Below are positions 8,729-17,253 of a DNA stretch of 64,000 nt, piece by piece (the first letter of the stretch is position 1; every line of letters starts with the position of its first letter). Under the pieces are notes generated by a model. That model searched no databases and was not told the origin of the DNA. It saw only the letters and a list, made by a program, of their open reading frames with translations. Origin of the DNA: Rikenellaceae bacterium. Lineage in GTDB: Bacteria > Bacteroidota > Bacteroidia > Bacteroidales > Rikenellaceae. The stretch lies in the NCBI GenBank assembly GCA_045613745.1, contig JAZLBP010000010.1, positions 87,136 to 151,135 on the forward strand, read 5' to 3'. The position numbers were made by a program, and so were the translations under genes.

Positions 8729-9295
8729 ATGGAACGCAAAATCACAACTCCGTTTATAATCGCAGGCTTGGCAGTGGCATTTGCGGCCGTGTCGGCGTGG
8801 GTATGGCTCAGTGGTGGCAAAAATGCACGCGCAGTACGCACAAAATTCAAAATCGGCGGTATGCTCCTCACCCTTACCACCGCTGTGGCCACACAATCGT
8901 GCTTTGATATTAACAATGCTACTTGCTACGCCCCTGCATCAACACCATATTGCGACCTTTTTGACGAGGATATGAAATTCGCCAATGGCGACACACTACG
9001 GATTTATGCCTCATCCTACGACTACAAATACTACTCCTTCAATATCGTTGACAAAGAGAACAACGTACTACAAGAGGAGAAATTATCACGTCCCTATCCA
9101 TTGAGAGAGAACCCCGTGATTGTTGCCGTGGGTAACTATGTGGGTGAGGCCAAAGTAAATGTATATGGAGGTGGCGACGAGAACGCAGTCGCACAAGAAA
9201 ATCATATCAAGAGTTTCGACATCACAATCGAGGCTGTGGCAACACTCCCCGAGGACACAACCGAAACCGAAGAGAACACCGACAATGTCGAGTAA
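8729..9295 (+). CDS. Membrane-anchored / putative lipoprotein partner of the radical SAM enzyme (unknown function)
   Basis: 188 aa. It has a TM helix, then a second hydrophobic stretch ending ...TAVATQSC, then the Cys cluster CFDINNATCYAPASTPYC and an acidic C-terminal tail. The stop codon overlaps the next gene. Confidence 0.7.
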   Translation: MERKITTPFIIAGLAVAFAAVSAWVWLSGGKNARAVRTKFKIGGMLLTLTTAVATQSCFDINNATCYAPASTPYCDLFDEDMKFANGDTLRIYASSYDYKYYSFNIVDKENNVLQEEKLSRPYPLRENPVIVAVGNYVGEAKVNVYGGGDENAVAQENHIKSFDITIEAVATLPEDTTETEENTDNVE

Positions 9296-10310
9296 ACTAT
9301 CGCTCGGGCTGGTCGTATTTGAGACTACCGACGCGTGCAACCAGCGTTGCAAATTCTGTTACAACCACTGGAAGGCCGACGGCGATGTGTCGGCCGACGC
9401 ACCCGATTTTCGCCTTGCGCGTCGCACACTGCGCACCCTCTTGTCGCAGGCCGAGGTGACGCAAATCTCGATGTCGGGTGGCGAGCCCTTGCTTGTGCCC
9501 CGACTGCACGACCTGATATGGAGTGCGCGGTGGGCCGGTTCGGCGGTAAACGTGCTTACCAACGGCACTCGAATGAAGCCCGACACCCTTGCCATTTTGC
9601 ACGACTTGGGGGTACAACACATTCAGATACCCATCTTGGCCGACAATGCCGCCCTGCACGACTCCATTACGGGACTTGAAGGGTCGTGGCAGAGGTGTAC
9701 CGACACGGCGCGCCAAGTGGCCGAGATGCGCAAGGATTGGCTGACGCCCGTATTCATCCTATCAAGGCTCAACCGCGACAACATTGCGCCCACGCTCCGA
9801 TTGTACAGCAGTTTGGGGTGCAGGATTGCGATGTTCAACCGCTTTAACATCGGCGGCTTGGGTATTCACCACGCTGGGGAGCTGACATTGAGCAATGCGG
9901 AGTTGCAGGATGCTTTCGCTGTGGCAAGTCGCACCGCAACCGAACTAAATATGCTGCTCCACAACGGTGTATGCTCGCCAATGTGCGTACTCGACCCGAG
10001 CAAATATCCGCACATCATCTTCTCGCACTGCAACACCGACATCAAAAATCGCCCGCTAACCATCAACTATCGCGGTGACGTGCGTTTCTGCAACCACTCG
10101 CCACGCGTATTGGGCAACATCCACCAAAAGCCCTTGGCAGAGATTTTGGACGCCACACACATCGGCAACTTCTATGGCGGCACTCCCGACTATTGCAAAA
10201 GTTGCAAGCTGTGGGAGGTATGTCGAGGGGGTTGTCGCGCCGCATCGGAGCAACTCTACGGCACATTCAACCGCGTGGACCCGATTGTCGAGCAAACCGA
10301 CGCCGAATAA
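9285..10310 (+). CDS. Radical SAM / SPASM-domain protein (peptide/protein-modifying maturase type)
   Basis: CNQRCKFC (CxxxCxxC) near the N-terminus and SPASM-like C..CKSCKLWEVCRGGC at the C-terminus. Start set to the ATG at 9285 (MSSKLSLGLVVFETTDAC), which overlaps the upstream ORF by 11 nt. Confidence 0.85.
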   Translation: MSSKLSLGLVVFETTDACNQRCKFCYNHWKADGDVSADAPDFRLARRTLRTLLSQAEVTQISMSGGEPLLVPRLHDLIWSARWAGSAVNVLTNGTRMKPDTLAILHDLGVQHIQIPILADNAALHDSITGLEGSWQRCTDTARQVAEMRKDWLTPVFILSRLNRDNIAPTLRLYSSLGCRIAMFNRFNIGGLGIHHAGELTLSNAELQDAFAVASRTATELNMLLHNGVCSPMCVLDPSKYPHIIFSHCNTDIKNRPLTINYRGDVRFCNHSPRVLGNIHQKPLAEILDATHIGNFYGGTPDYCKSCKLWEVCRGGCRAASEQLYGTFNRVDPIVEQTDAE

Positions 10311-10348
10311 AAGAGCCCCGAAAATTTGGTTTTTCGCGGGTAATTCCC

Positions 10349-10356
10349 TAATTTTG
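10349..10356 (+). promoter_or_regulatory. -7 box TAATTTTG upstream of ppa
   Basis: TAnnTTTG match 22 nt upstream of the ATG at 10379. Confidence 0.45.
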
Positions 10357-10378
10357 TAGGAACTAAACAAAATCCATC

Positions 10379-11062
10379 ATGGGAAACAAAATCAACGACC
10401 CTATCGCGCGACTGATGGGACTGCGATACAAATCGCACCCCTGGCACGGAATCGAAGTGGGCGACGACGCACCTAATGTCATCACCGCTTTCATCGAAAT
10501 GGTGCCTACCGACACCGTAAAATACGAACTCGACAAGGTGAGCGGTTACATCAAAATCGACCGACCGCAAAAGTACTCGAACGTTATCCCCGCACTATAT
10601 GGTTTCGTTCCGCAAAGTTTCTGCGGCGAGAGCGTGGCAAGCTACTGTATGCAGCAGAGCGGACGCGAGGACATCGTTGGTGACAGCGACCCGCTGGATA
10701 TCTGCGTGCTGACCGAAAGGGACGTTTCGCACGGCGACATCATCGTCAACGCCCGCCCCATCGGAGGTTTCCGTATGTTGGACGGCAACGAGGCCGACGA
10801 CAAAATCATCGCAGTGTTGAGCCACGACGTAACTTACAGCGGCTACACCGACATCTCGGAACTGCCCCGAGGCGTGGTAAACCGTCTGAAACACTACTTC
10901 CTGACCTACAAGGATATGCCCGACGCAGGCGAAAACCAAAAGAAGAAGGTTGAAATCATCGACACCTACGGCCGCGACGAGGCTTGTGAAATCATCAACC
11001 GCTCGCTCGAAGACTACAAGTGTCACTTCGATAGTTTGGACGACATCCTCCGCCGCGTGTAG
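10379..11062 (+). CDS. ppa: Inorganic pyrophosphatase (family I)
   Basis: HPWHGIEVG, VKYELDK and DPLDICVL motifs. Confidence 0.88.
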   Translation: MGNKINDPIARLMGLRYKSHPWHGIEVGDDAPNVITAFIEMVPTDTVKYELDKVSGYIKIDRPQKYSNVIPALYGFVPQSFCGESVASYCMQQSGREDIVGDSDPLDICVLTERDVSHGDIIVNARPIGGFRMLDGNEADDKIIAVLSHDVTYSGYTDISELPRGVVNRLKHYFLTYKDMPDAGENQKKKVEIIDTYGRDEACEIINRSLEDYKCHFDSLDDILRRV

Positions 11063-11080
11063 GATACAAAATTCAATAAC

Positions 11081-11109
11081 AAAAGGCTGCCCCTCGGGAC
11101 AGCCTTTTT
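11081..11109. terminator. Bidirectional terminator between ppa and zupT
   Basis: AAAAGGCTGCCCCTCGGGACAGCCTTTTT hairpin with A/T runs on both sides. Confidence 0.6.
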
Positions 11110-11124
11110 CGTTTATTTCTTATT

Positions 11125-11248
11125 TAGAAATTGTATAAGAAGAGGATTTTCAAGGCTTGCGAAGCCCGAAAATGCGCAGTTTACTTGGCGTAAATGAGCA
11201 TTTTGAGGGCGAGCATAACGTAGAAAATACCTTTTTATACGATTTCTA
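11125..11248 (-). repeat. Structured ~120-nt 3'-UTR repeat, copy B (after zupT)
   Basis: Outer arms TAGAAATTG/CGATTTCTA (8 Watson-Crick pairs plus 1 G-U). The central hairpin TTTAC/GTAAA is a compensatory variant of CATAC/GTATG. Ends 2 nt from the zupT stop codon (11250-11252). Confidence 0.8.
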
Positions 11249-11249
11249 C

Positions 11250-12050
11250 CTACATCATCAAAATCACACTCACCGCCATAATCGCCATACCCGCAATCAA
11301 GCCATACATCTCGATATGGTTTTCGCCATACTCGCGGGCGGCGGGAAGCAGCTCGTCGAGCGAGATGTAAATCATAATACCCGACACCGCAGCCAACACA
11401 ATATTCATCGTCAGCGCCGACAGCAAGGGCATAAGCACTACAAATCCGACCAGCGCGCCCACAGGCTCGGCCAGACCCGATGCAAACGAGTACCAGAAGG
11501 CTTTGCGACGGTTGCCCGTAGCCGCAAGGATAGGCACCGACACCGCTACGCCCTCGGGGATGTTGTGGATTGCAACCGCAACGGCAACAGCCAGGCCCGT
11601 AGTAGCCGACTCATAGGCCGACATAAAGGTGGCGATACCCTCGGGGAAGTTGTGGATTGCGATGGCGAGAGCCGTAACCAAGCCCATACGTTGCAGTTTA
11701 TGGTGGTTATTAGCGTCGTTAAGTTCCTCGACCGAGTGCAGTTCGTGAGGGTTTTGCACCTCGGGCACAAGGCGGTCGATAATCATCGCAAGCAGCAGTC
11801 CTCCGAACATTGCAAGCACAGCATAGGTTGTGCCCGTCTGCTGGCCGAACTGCTCTTCGAGCGCCGATTGCGAGTCGGCAAAGAGTTCGCAAAACGACAC
11901 ATAGAGCATAACGCCCGCCGACAGACCCAACGCAAACGAAATGAAGCGTCGGTTGGTCGAACGAGTCAATATGGCAATCAGACTGCCCACGCCCGTAGCC
12001 ATTCCGGCAAAGAGCGACAGCACCAAAGCATATACAACAGCCGAGGTCAT
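11250..12050 (-). CDS. zupT: ZIP-family zinc transporter
   Basis: 266 aa. HNFPEGIATF and HNIPEGVAVS are ZIP signature repeats. Confidence 0.88.
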   Translation of the reverse strand: MTSAVVYALVLSLFAGMATGVGSLIAILTRSTNRRFISFALGLSAGVMLYVSFCELFADSQSALEEQFGQQTGTTYAVLAMFGGLLLAMIIDRLVPEVQNPHELHSVEELNDANNHHKLQRMGLVTALAIAIHNFPEGIATFMSAYESATTGLAVAVAVAIHNIPEGVAVSVPILAATGNRRKAFWYSFASGLAEPVGALVGFVVLMPLLSALTMNIVLAAVSGIMIYISLDELLPAAREYGENHIEMYGLIAGMAIMAVSVILMM

Positions 12051-12085
12051 AGTGTGGGGTTGGGAAAGCGACTAAATGCGTGTGA

Positions 12086-12598
12086 TTAGTTGACCTTCAT
12101 AGGCATCTCGACCTTACACAGATCGTCGTTTGCCTTGTCAATTTTGGCAGCCAGCTCCGCTTTGAACTTAACGATTTTCTCGCGCAGGGTTGCATCACCG
12201 TTAGCCATAATTTGGCAAGCGAGGATAGCAGCGTTGCGTGCGCCGTCCAGAGCTACGGTTGCCACGGGAATACCTGCGGGCATTTGGAGAATCGACAGAA
12301 TGCTGTCCAATCCCTCAATCGAGTTCGACGAACGGATGGGTACACCGATTACGGGCAGAGGGGTCGAGGCAGCAATTACACCGGGCAAGTGAGCTGCGCC
12401 ACCTGCACCTGCGATGATAACCTCGATACCGCGCTCGGCAGCGGTCTCGGCAAACTCCGCCACGCGACCGGGAGTGCGGTGAGCCGACAGAGCCAATACT
12501 TCGTAGGGAACCTCCATCGAGTCGAGCAGCTCGCAAGCGCCCTGCATAACCTTCAAATCCGAGGTACTTCCCATAATAACTGTTACACGTGCTTTCAT
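12086..12598 (-). CDS. purE: 5-(carboxyamino)imidazole ribonucleotide mutase
   Basis: [17 protein letters not shown] and [10 protein letters not shown] motifs. Confidence 0.92.
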   Translation of the reverse strand: MKARVTVIMGSTSDLKVMQGACELLDSMEVPYEVLALSAHRTPGRVAEFAETAAERGIEVIIAGAGGAAHLPGVIAASTPLPVIGVPIRSSNSIEGLDSILSILQMPAGIPVATVALDGARNAAILACQIMANGDATLREKIVKFKAELAAKIDKANDDLCKVEMPMKVN

Positions 12599-12679
12599 AA
12601 TTTCGTACTATTTTTGGTTAAAATTTTTCTATTCGAGTTATAATTATTAACTTCGCAAAGTTAATTCTTTTTTGGCGAA

Positions 12680-13264
12680 ATGCCATATAGAAGAACTATT
12701 ATTATGACAACCGCGACAAAGAAACGAGTTACCCTCTACGACAAAACATTCGAAGTGATGATTCCCTTCGAAGAGTTGGATCAACACATCGAGAAGATTG
12801 CCGAACGCATAAACCGCGATTACAGCAACACCCCCCAGCCCCCCGTTGTGCTGGCTGTGCTGAACGGCTCATTTATGTTTATGGGCGATTTGATGAAGAA
12901 AATCGAGTTCAACTGCGAGGTACAGTTCATCAAGGTAGCGTCGTACGACGGAGGCCAAAGCACAGGCAAAGTACGCGAACTGATTGGTCTGAACGGCTCA
13001 TTGGAGGGTCGCGATGTGATTGTGGTCGAGGATATTGTCGAAACGGGCAACAGCATTGCACACATATTCGCCCTACTCCAAGCGCAAGGCGTGGCAAGCG
13101 TGGCTGTGGCAACAATGTTCTTCAAGCCCGAGCTCTACAACAAGGAGTTCGAGATTAAATACCCCGCAATGGTTATTGGCAACGACTTTATCGTGGGCTA
13201 TGGTTTGGATTACGACCAACTCGGCCGCAACCTTAAAGATATTTATGTTATTGTAAATGAGTAA
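12680..13264 (+). CDS. hpt: Hypoxanthine phosphoribosyltransferase
   Basis: VIVVEDIVETGNS PRPP-binding motif. An alternative start exists at the ATG at 12704. Confidence 0.88.
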   Translation: MPYRRTIIMTTATKKRVTLYDKTFEVMIPFEELDQHIEKIAERINRDYSNTPQPPVVLAVLNGSFMFMGDLMKKIEFNCEVQFIKVASYDGGQSTGKVRELIGLNGSLEGRDVIVVEDIVETGNSIAHIFALLQAQGVASVAVATMFFKPELYNKEFEIKYPAMVIGNDFIVGYGLDYDQLGRNLKDIYVIVNE

Positions 13265-13880
13265 ACCTGACTACAAAGACGGGCGACTGCTGCCGCTTGT
13301 CGAGGAATTCTATACGCTGCAAGGCGAGGGCTACCACACAGGTGTGGCCGCATATTTCATCCGCTTGGGCGGTTGCGATGTGGGTTGTCGCTGGTGTGAT
13401 GCCAAATACACTTGGAATGCTGCAGCGCATCCGCTGACCGAGGCCGATCAGATTATTGAGCGCGCTGCCTCCTACCCCGCACGTTCGATTGTGATTACGG
13501 GCGGAGAGCCACTGCTCTATCCGCTGGACTACCTGACCGGTGGTCTACACGAGCGCGGTTTGGAGATTTTCTTGGAGACATCGGGCTCGCACCCTTGGAG
13601 TGGCAACTTCGATTGGGTGTGTCTGTCGCCCAAGCGCCAAATGCCGCCGCTGGACGAAGCCTTTGAGCGTGCCGACGAGCTGAAAGTTATCATCGAGAAG
13701 CCCGAAGATTTGGAGTGGGCCGAGAGTTGCGCTGCGCGTGTGGGCGAAAAGTGCCGTCTGTACCTGCAACCCGAGTGGAGCCGCTTTGCCGAGATTATCC
13801 AACCCATCGTGGAGTATGCAATGAACAATCCCAAATGGAAGGTTTCGGTGCAAACCCACAAGTATATGAACATTCCCTAA
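13257..13880 (+). CDS. queE: 7-carboxy-7-deazaguanine synthase (radical SAM)
   Basis: EEFYTLQGEGYHTGVAAYFIRLGGCDVGCRWCD motif. Overlaps hpt by 8 nt. Confidence 0.88.
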   Translation: MSKPDYKDGRLLPLVEEFYTLQGEGYHTGVAAYFIRLGGCDVGCRWCDAKYTWNAAAHPLTEADQIIERAASYPARSIVITGGEPLLYPLDYLTGGLHERGLEIFLETSGSHPWSGNFDWVCLSPKRQMPPLDEAFERADELKVIIEKPEDLEWAESCAARVGEKCRLYLQPEWSRFAEIIQPIVEYAMNNPKWKVSVQTHKYMNIP

Positions 13881-13886
13881 CCAACG

Positions 13887-14174
13887 ATGAGTCTTTTACG
13901 AGAGAAAATAAATGAGTTGTCGCTGCGTGCCAAGATTTTGGGTGCGCTGATATTGTTGGTGGGTATAATCGTCATCGGCAACGAATTCATAACGATGATT
14001 CGCTTGCGTTTCGAGATTGCCGAGCTGCGCGACCGCATCGAATACTATCAGGAGCGTCTGCAACAAGACAGCCTGCTGATACAGCGTTTGGAGTCGCCCG
14101 AATACTTGGAGCGCTATGCCCGCGAGAAGTATTTTATGCACGCCAAAGACGAGGACATTTATATAATCCGCTAA
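13887..14174 (+). CDS. Septum formation initiator family protein (FtsB/DivIC-like)
   Basis: 95 aa with one TM segment followed by a coiled coil, ending ...YAREKYFMHAKDEDIYII. Confidence 0.7.
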   Translation: MSLLREKINELSLRAKILGALILLVGIIVIGNEFITMIRLRFEIAELRDRIEYYQERLQQDSLLIQRLESPEYLERYAREKYFMHAKDEDIYIIR

Positions 14175-14235
14175 AAGATAGTTCGTAAAATAAAACAACA
14201 AAGGTCGCAACCCGTTTGGTTTGCGACCTTTGTTG

Positions 14236-14321
14236 TACTCGGAGCGGGAATCGAACCCGCACGGGCATTTCTGCCCACAGGATTTTAAGTCCGGCGTGTC
14301 TACCTATTCCACCATCCGAGC
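14236..14321 (-). tRNA. tRNA-Leu (anticodon TAA)
   Basis: The reverse complement reads GCTCGGATGGTGGAATAGGTAGACACGCCGGACTTAAAATCC...GGTTCGATTCCCGCTCCGAGTA. It is a class II tRNA with a long variable arm. Confidence 0.9.
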
Positions 14322-14496
14322 CTGTTTGAAAACGTGTGCAAAGATACTATCAAATTTTGAAAGTGCAAACATTATCGAATCTTTCCGCCGTCAACACGCC
14401 GCAATCAACGCCCACAATGGCACAATATTAGCCACCTAGGCCACGTTTGTAGAGTAAAAAAAAAGCGCGCGCGGTAGAAAATCTTATCTTTTTTTG

Positions 14497-14504
14497 TATT
14501 TTTG
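14497..14504 (+). promoter_or_regulatory. -7 box TATTTTTG upstream of the lipoprotein gene
   Basis: TAnnTTTG match 31 nt upstream of the ATG at 14536. Confidence 0.45.
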
Positions 14505-14535
14505 CCGAATGTACAACGCAAAACCACAAAGTATT

Positions 14536-15849
14536 ATGCTGAAAAATATACTCAAAGCTACAATAACACTGCTCGCGGTTGCGATTGCGATGATTGGTTG
14601 TGCCGACGACGATTTGGTTATCACAAGCTTCTCGCTCGAAGGCTCGCAGAATGTCTATTTCGAGCCCGGACAGACCATCAAAATCTCGTACAAAAAGCAA
14701 CGTATCTCGAAAATCGAAATCACCGAGGCGCCCGCAGATTGGACTGTTGTCAATCGCAACAACTCCTACTTGGAGGTAACCGCGCCCAACGTCCTCCGCA
14801 CCGAGGCCGAGGTTATCGAGGTTAAGGGTACTTCGCCCGAGGGCACATCCAACTCCGACAAGATTACCGTTCAGGTACTCATTGCCGAGAGCATTTCGGA
14901 GGCAGGTGCCGCCAACTGCTACATTGCGCCCACCGAGGGTCGTTTCTCGTTTGACGGAACAACTATTGCAGGTAGCGACAAAAAGATTGAGTTCGCCAAG
15001 GCCGAACTGTTGTGGTGCGCACCCAAGAAAGCTGTTCATTCGGTACAAACACTCGACGACAACATCTCGTTCTCGACTTCTGGCACCGATGGCAACGCTG
15101 TGATTGCAGTACGCGACAGCAAAGATAACATTCTGTGGAGCTGGCACATCTGGGTTGCCGACTACAACCCCACAGAGAGCGCCATCGAGGGTATGATGTC
15201 GCGCAACATTGGCGCAAGTGCCGACCTTGCCGACACCGACGAGGAGGCTTGGATGGCAAGCGGCCTCTACTACCAATGGGGACGCAAAGACCCGTTCGTG
15301 GGTGGCAAATACTATATGTCGACCGTTGACCAAAATATGTACGACGCCGAGGGCAACTGGGTTGGTATCACCTATCTGCAAACCGCAAAATCGCGCGGAA
15401 CCATCGCCTACACAATCGCCAATCCCCTCACCTATCTGTATGGCGCCGAGAGCACCGGCTACGACTGGATGTTTGCCGAGCGCAACAACAAGTTGTGGGG
15501 TGGCGCAACCAAAAGTATGTATGACCCCTGCCCTGCCGGTTGGAGAGTAGCTTCGGCCAGCGCTTTTGATGGTGCAAAGATGGATGCCGCTGTGGGTGAC
15601 TACCTGCGTGGCTGGGAGGTTTCGACCGCAGAGGGCGAAAACTACCTTGTAGCAGCAGGTCGTCGCAGTTTTGCCGACGGACAGCTCACCAATGTGGATG
15701 TGACAGGCTATCTGCCCGTTGGTTTCATCTGGACTGCCGACACCAACGAAGGCAAAGCTACCGCTGTGGAGTTCACTCCCACAAGCCTTGGTATGGGTAC
15801 TGCATATCGCTCGAACGCCTGCCCCGTAAGGTGCTGCAAAGAGAACTAA
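14536..15849 (+). CDS. Lipoprotein with a C-terminal FISUMP-like domain (YQWGRKDP / DPCPAGWRV motifs)
   Basis: Start set at MLKNILKATITLLAVAIAMIGC (lipobox). The motifs LYYQWGRKDPF and YDPCPAGWRVAS are recurrent in Bacteroidales surface lipoproteins. The family name is uncertain. Confidence 0.7.
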   Translation: MLKNILKATITLLAVAIAMIGCADDDLVITSFSLEGSQNVYFEPGQTIKISYKKQRISKIEITEAPADWTVVNRNNSYLEVTAPNVLRTEAEVIEVKGTSPEGTSNSDKITVQVLIAESISEAGAANCYIAPTEGRFSFDGTTIAGSDKKIEFAKAELLWCAPKKAVHSVQTLDDNISFSTSGTDGNAVIAVRDSKDNILWSWHIWVADYNPTESAIEGMMSRNIGASADLADTDEEAWMASGLYYQWGRKDPFVGGKYYMSTVDQNMYDAEGNWVGITYLQTAKSRGTIAYTIANPLTYLYGAESTGYDWMFAERNNKLWGGATKSMYDPCPAGWRVASASAFDGAKMDAAVGDYLRGWEVSTAEGENYLVAAGRRSFADGQLTNVDVTGYLPVGFIWTADTNEGKATAVEFTPTSLGMGTAYRSNACPVRCCKEN

Positions 15850-15870
15850 TCAAGCGTGCACAAAGATTTA

Positions 15871-15914
15871 ACATTCGGGTCTGTCGGGAATCACCGACAG
15901 ACCCGAATGTTTTT
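15871..15914 (+). terminator. Intrinsic terminator
   Basis: 17-bp stem ACATTCGGGTCTGTCGG/CCGACAGACCCGAATGT followed by TTTTT. Confidence 0.75.
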
Positions 15915-16290
15915 AATATATGCAGAATGAAAAAGGCCAAATTGTTTGGCATAAGTCGTTTTATGACCAAAGAAAAAAGCCATACGCCAATAAAGGGGTA
16001 CAGCTTTATAATAAGTCATTAGAGGGCGGCGTTTCCTCTATTATTCGTACCGAATACTCGCCATCGACCGCAGGGTATTCTAACCTTTTGCCATCCTACG
16101 ATGGTATTGTATATTCTCATTTTGTCATTTAATAGAAACCAAACATAGGACGCAACTGTCTATTAAACAATCAGCCATACCCCTTTATGGGATATGGCTG
16201 ATTGTTTTTCCGCCGGTCTGCGGTGGCATAGCCACTTTTGCTACTGCCGTTCTAACCCCTGAACTTTTGGGATAAGGGCGGCAGCCAAAT

Positions 16291-16332
16291 CCGCCGGCTT
16301 GCGGCTGGTTCTTTTTGATGACTCAAAAAGAA
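16291..16332 (-). repeat. Two-hairpin module (GC hairpin plus the perfect palindrome TTCTTTTTGA-N4-TCAAAAAGAA), copy 1, after ubiA-like
   Basis: A near-identical module occurs at 30022-30070 in the same orientation relative to its upstream gene (yidD). Confidence 0.65.
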
Positions 16333-16336
16333 TATA

Positions 16337-17218
16337 TTACAGCACCATTGCAAGAATGGCGAAGGTGGCGAATACCAAACTTGCGATACCGTTCAAAGTT
16401 CCAAATGCGATACCGATATTTTTTTGTTGGGTGGGGGTTACGAGCAGGTGTTCGAGCACCAGAACTGCGCCAAACAAACCTGCGCCAATCCAATACCAAA
16501 GACCAAATCCGCACAACAGTCCGAAAAGGGCTACTGCGCCAAGGCTTATAACGTGCAGGGCAATGCTGATGGAGAGTGCGCCCCAACCCGAGAAACGTGC
16601 GGGGATAGAGTGCAGGCCGCGAGCGCGGTCAAACTCTGCATCCTGCATCGCATAAATGATGTCAAATCCGCCAACCCAAGTGAGTACCAGCGCCGATAAC
16701 ACCAAAGGCTCTGCAGCAAACTGACCCGTAACGGCAATGTAGGCACCCACAGGAGCGATTCCGAGCGCAAGGCCCAACACGATGTGGGCGAGTGCAGTAA
16801 AGCGTTTGCAGTAGCTGTATCCCATAACCACGAGCAGCGCCACGGGCGACAGGCACAAGGTCAGAGGGTTGATGGTTGCGGTCACGGCAACGAACAGCAA
16901 GGCATTAACAATCACAAAGGTGAGGGCTGCGCGAGGCGAAATCTGTCCCGACGGAATCTCACGCGAAGCGGTGCGGGGATTCTCGGCGTCGATGTGTCGG
17001 TCTGCCCAGCGGTTGAATCCCATTGCGGTGTTACGCGCCAGCACCATACAGGCCACAACCTGCACCAACAGCACCCAATCGAACACAGCCGAGGTAGAAG
17101 TCAGTGCCCAAGTGTAGCCCACCAGAGCAAAAGGCATAGCAAAGATGGTGTGCGAGAATTTCACCATCGACAGGTATTTACTTATTGTAGAGGTCATAAT
17201 GATTTTAATTTCCGACAA
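16337..17218 (-). CDS. UbiA-family aromatic polyprenyltransferase (4-hydroxybenzoate polyprenyltransferase-like)
   Basis: 293 aa, about 8 TM segments. NTAMGFNRWADRHIDAENPRT and YAMQDAEFD are Asp-rich UbiA motifs. Confidence 0.8.
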   Translation of the reverse strand: MSEIKIIMTSTISKYLSMVKFSHTIFAMPFALVGYTWALTSTSAVFDWVLLVQVVACMVLARNTAMGFNRWADRHIDAENPRTASREIPSGQISPRAALTFVIVNALLFVAVTATINPLTLCLSPVALLVVMGYSYCKRFTALAHIVLGLALGIAPVGAYIAVTGQFAAEPLVLSALVLTWVGGFDIIYAMQDAEFDRARGLHSIPARFSGWGALSISIALHVISLGAVALFGLLCGFGLWYWIGAGLFGAVLVLEHLLVTPTQQKNIGIAFGTLNGIASLVFATFAILAMVL

Positions 17219-17225
17219 AAATAAT

Positions 17226-17233
17226 TAACTTTG
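17226..17233 (+). promoter_or_regulatory. -7 box TAACTTTG upstream of lepA
   Basis: TAnnTTTG match 20 nt upstream of the ATG at 17254. Confidence 0.45.
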
Positions 17234-17253
17234 TGCTGTTTTAGAGAAAATTT

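Noticed and set aside
9159-9284. Upstream extension of the radical SAM ORF (MYMEVATRTQSHKK...).
   Set aside because: The extension is out-of-frame overlap with the well-formed C-terminus of the upstream ORF. The ATG at 9285 gives the canonical rSAM N-terminus about 15 residues before CxxxCxxC.
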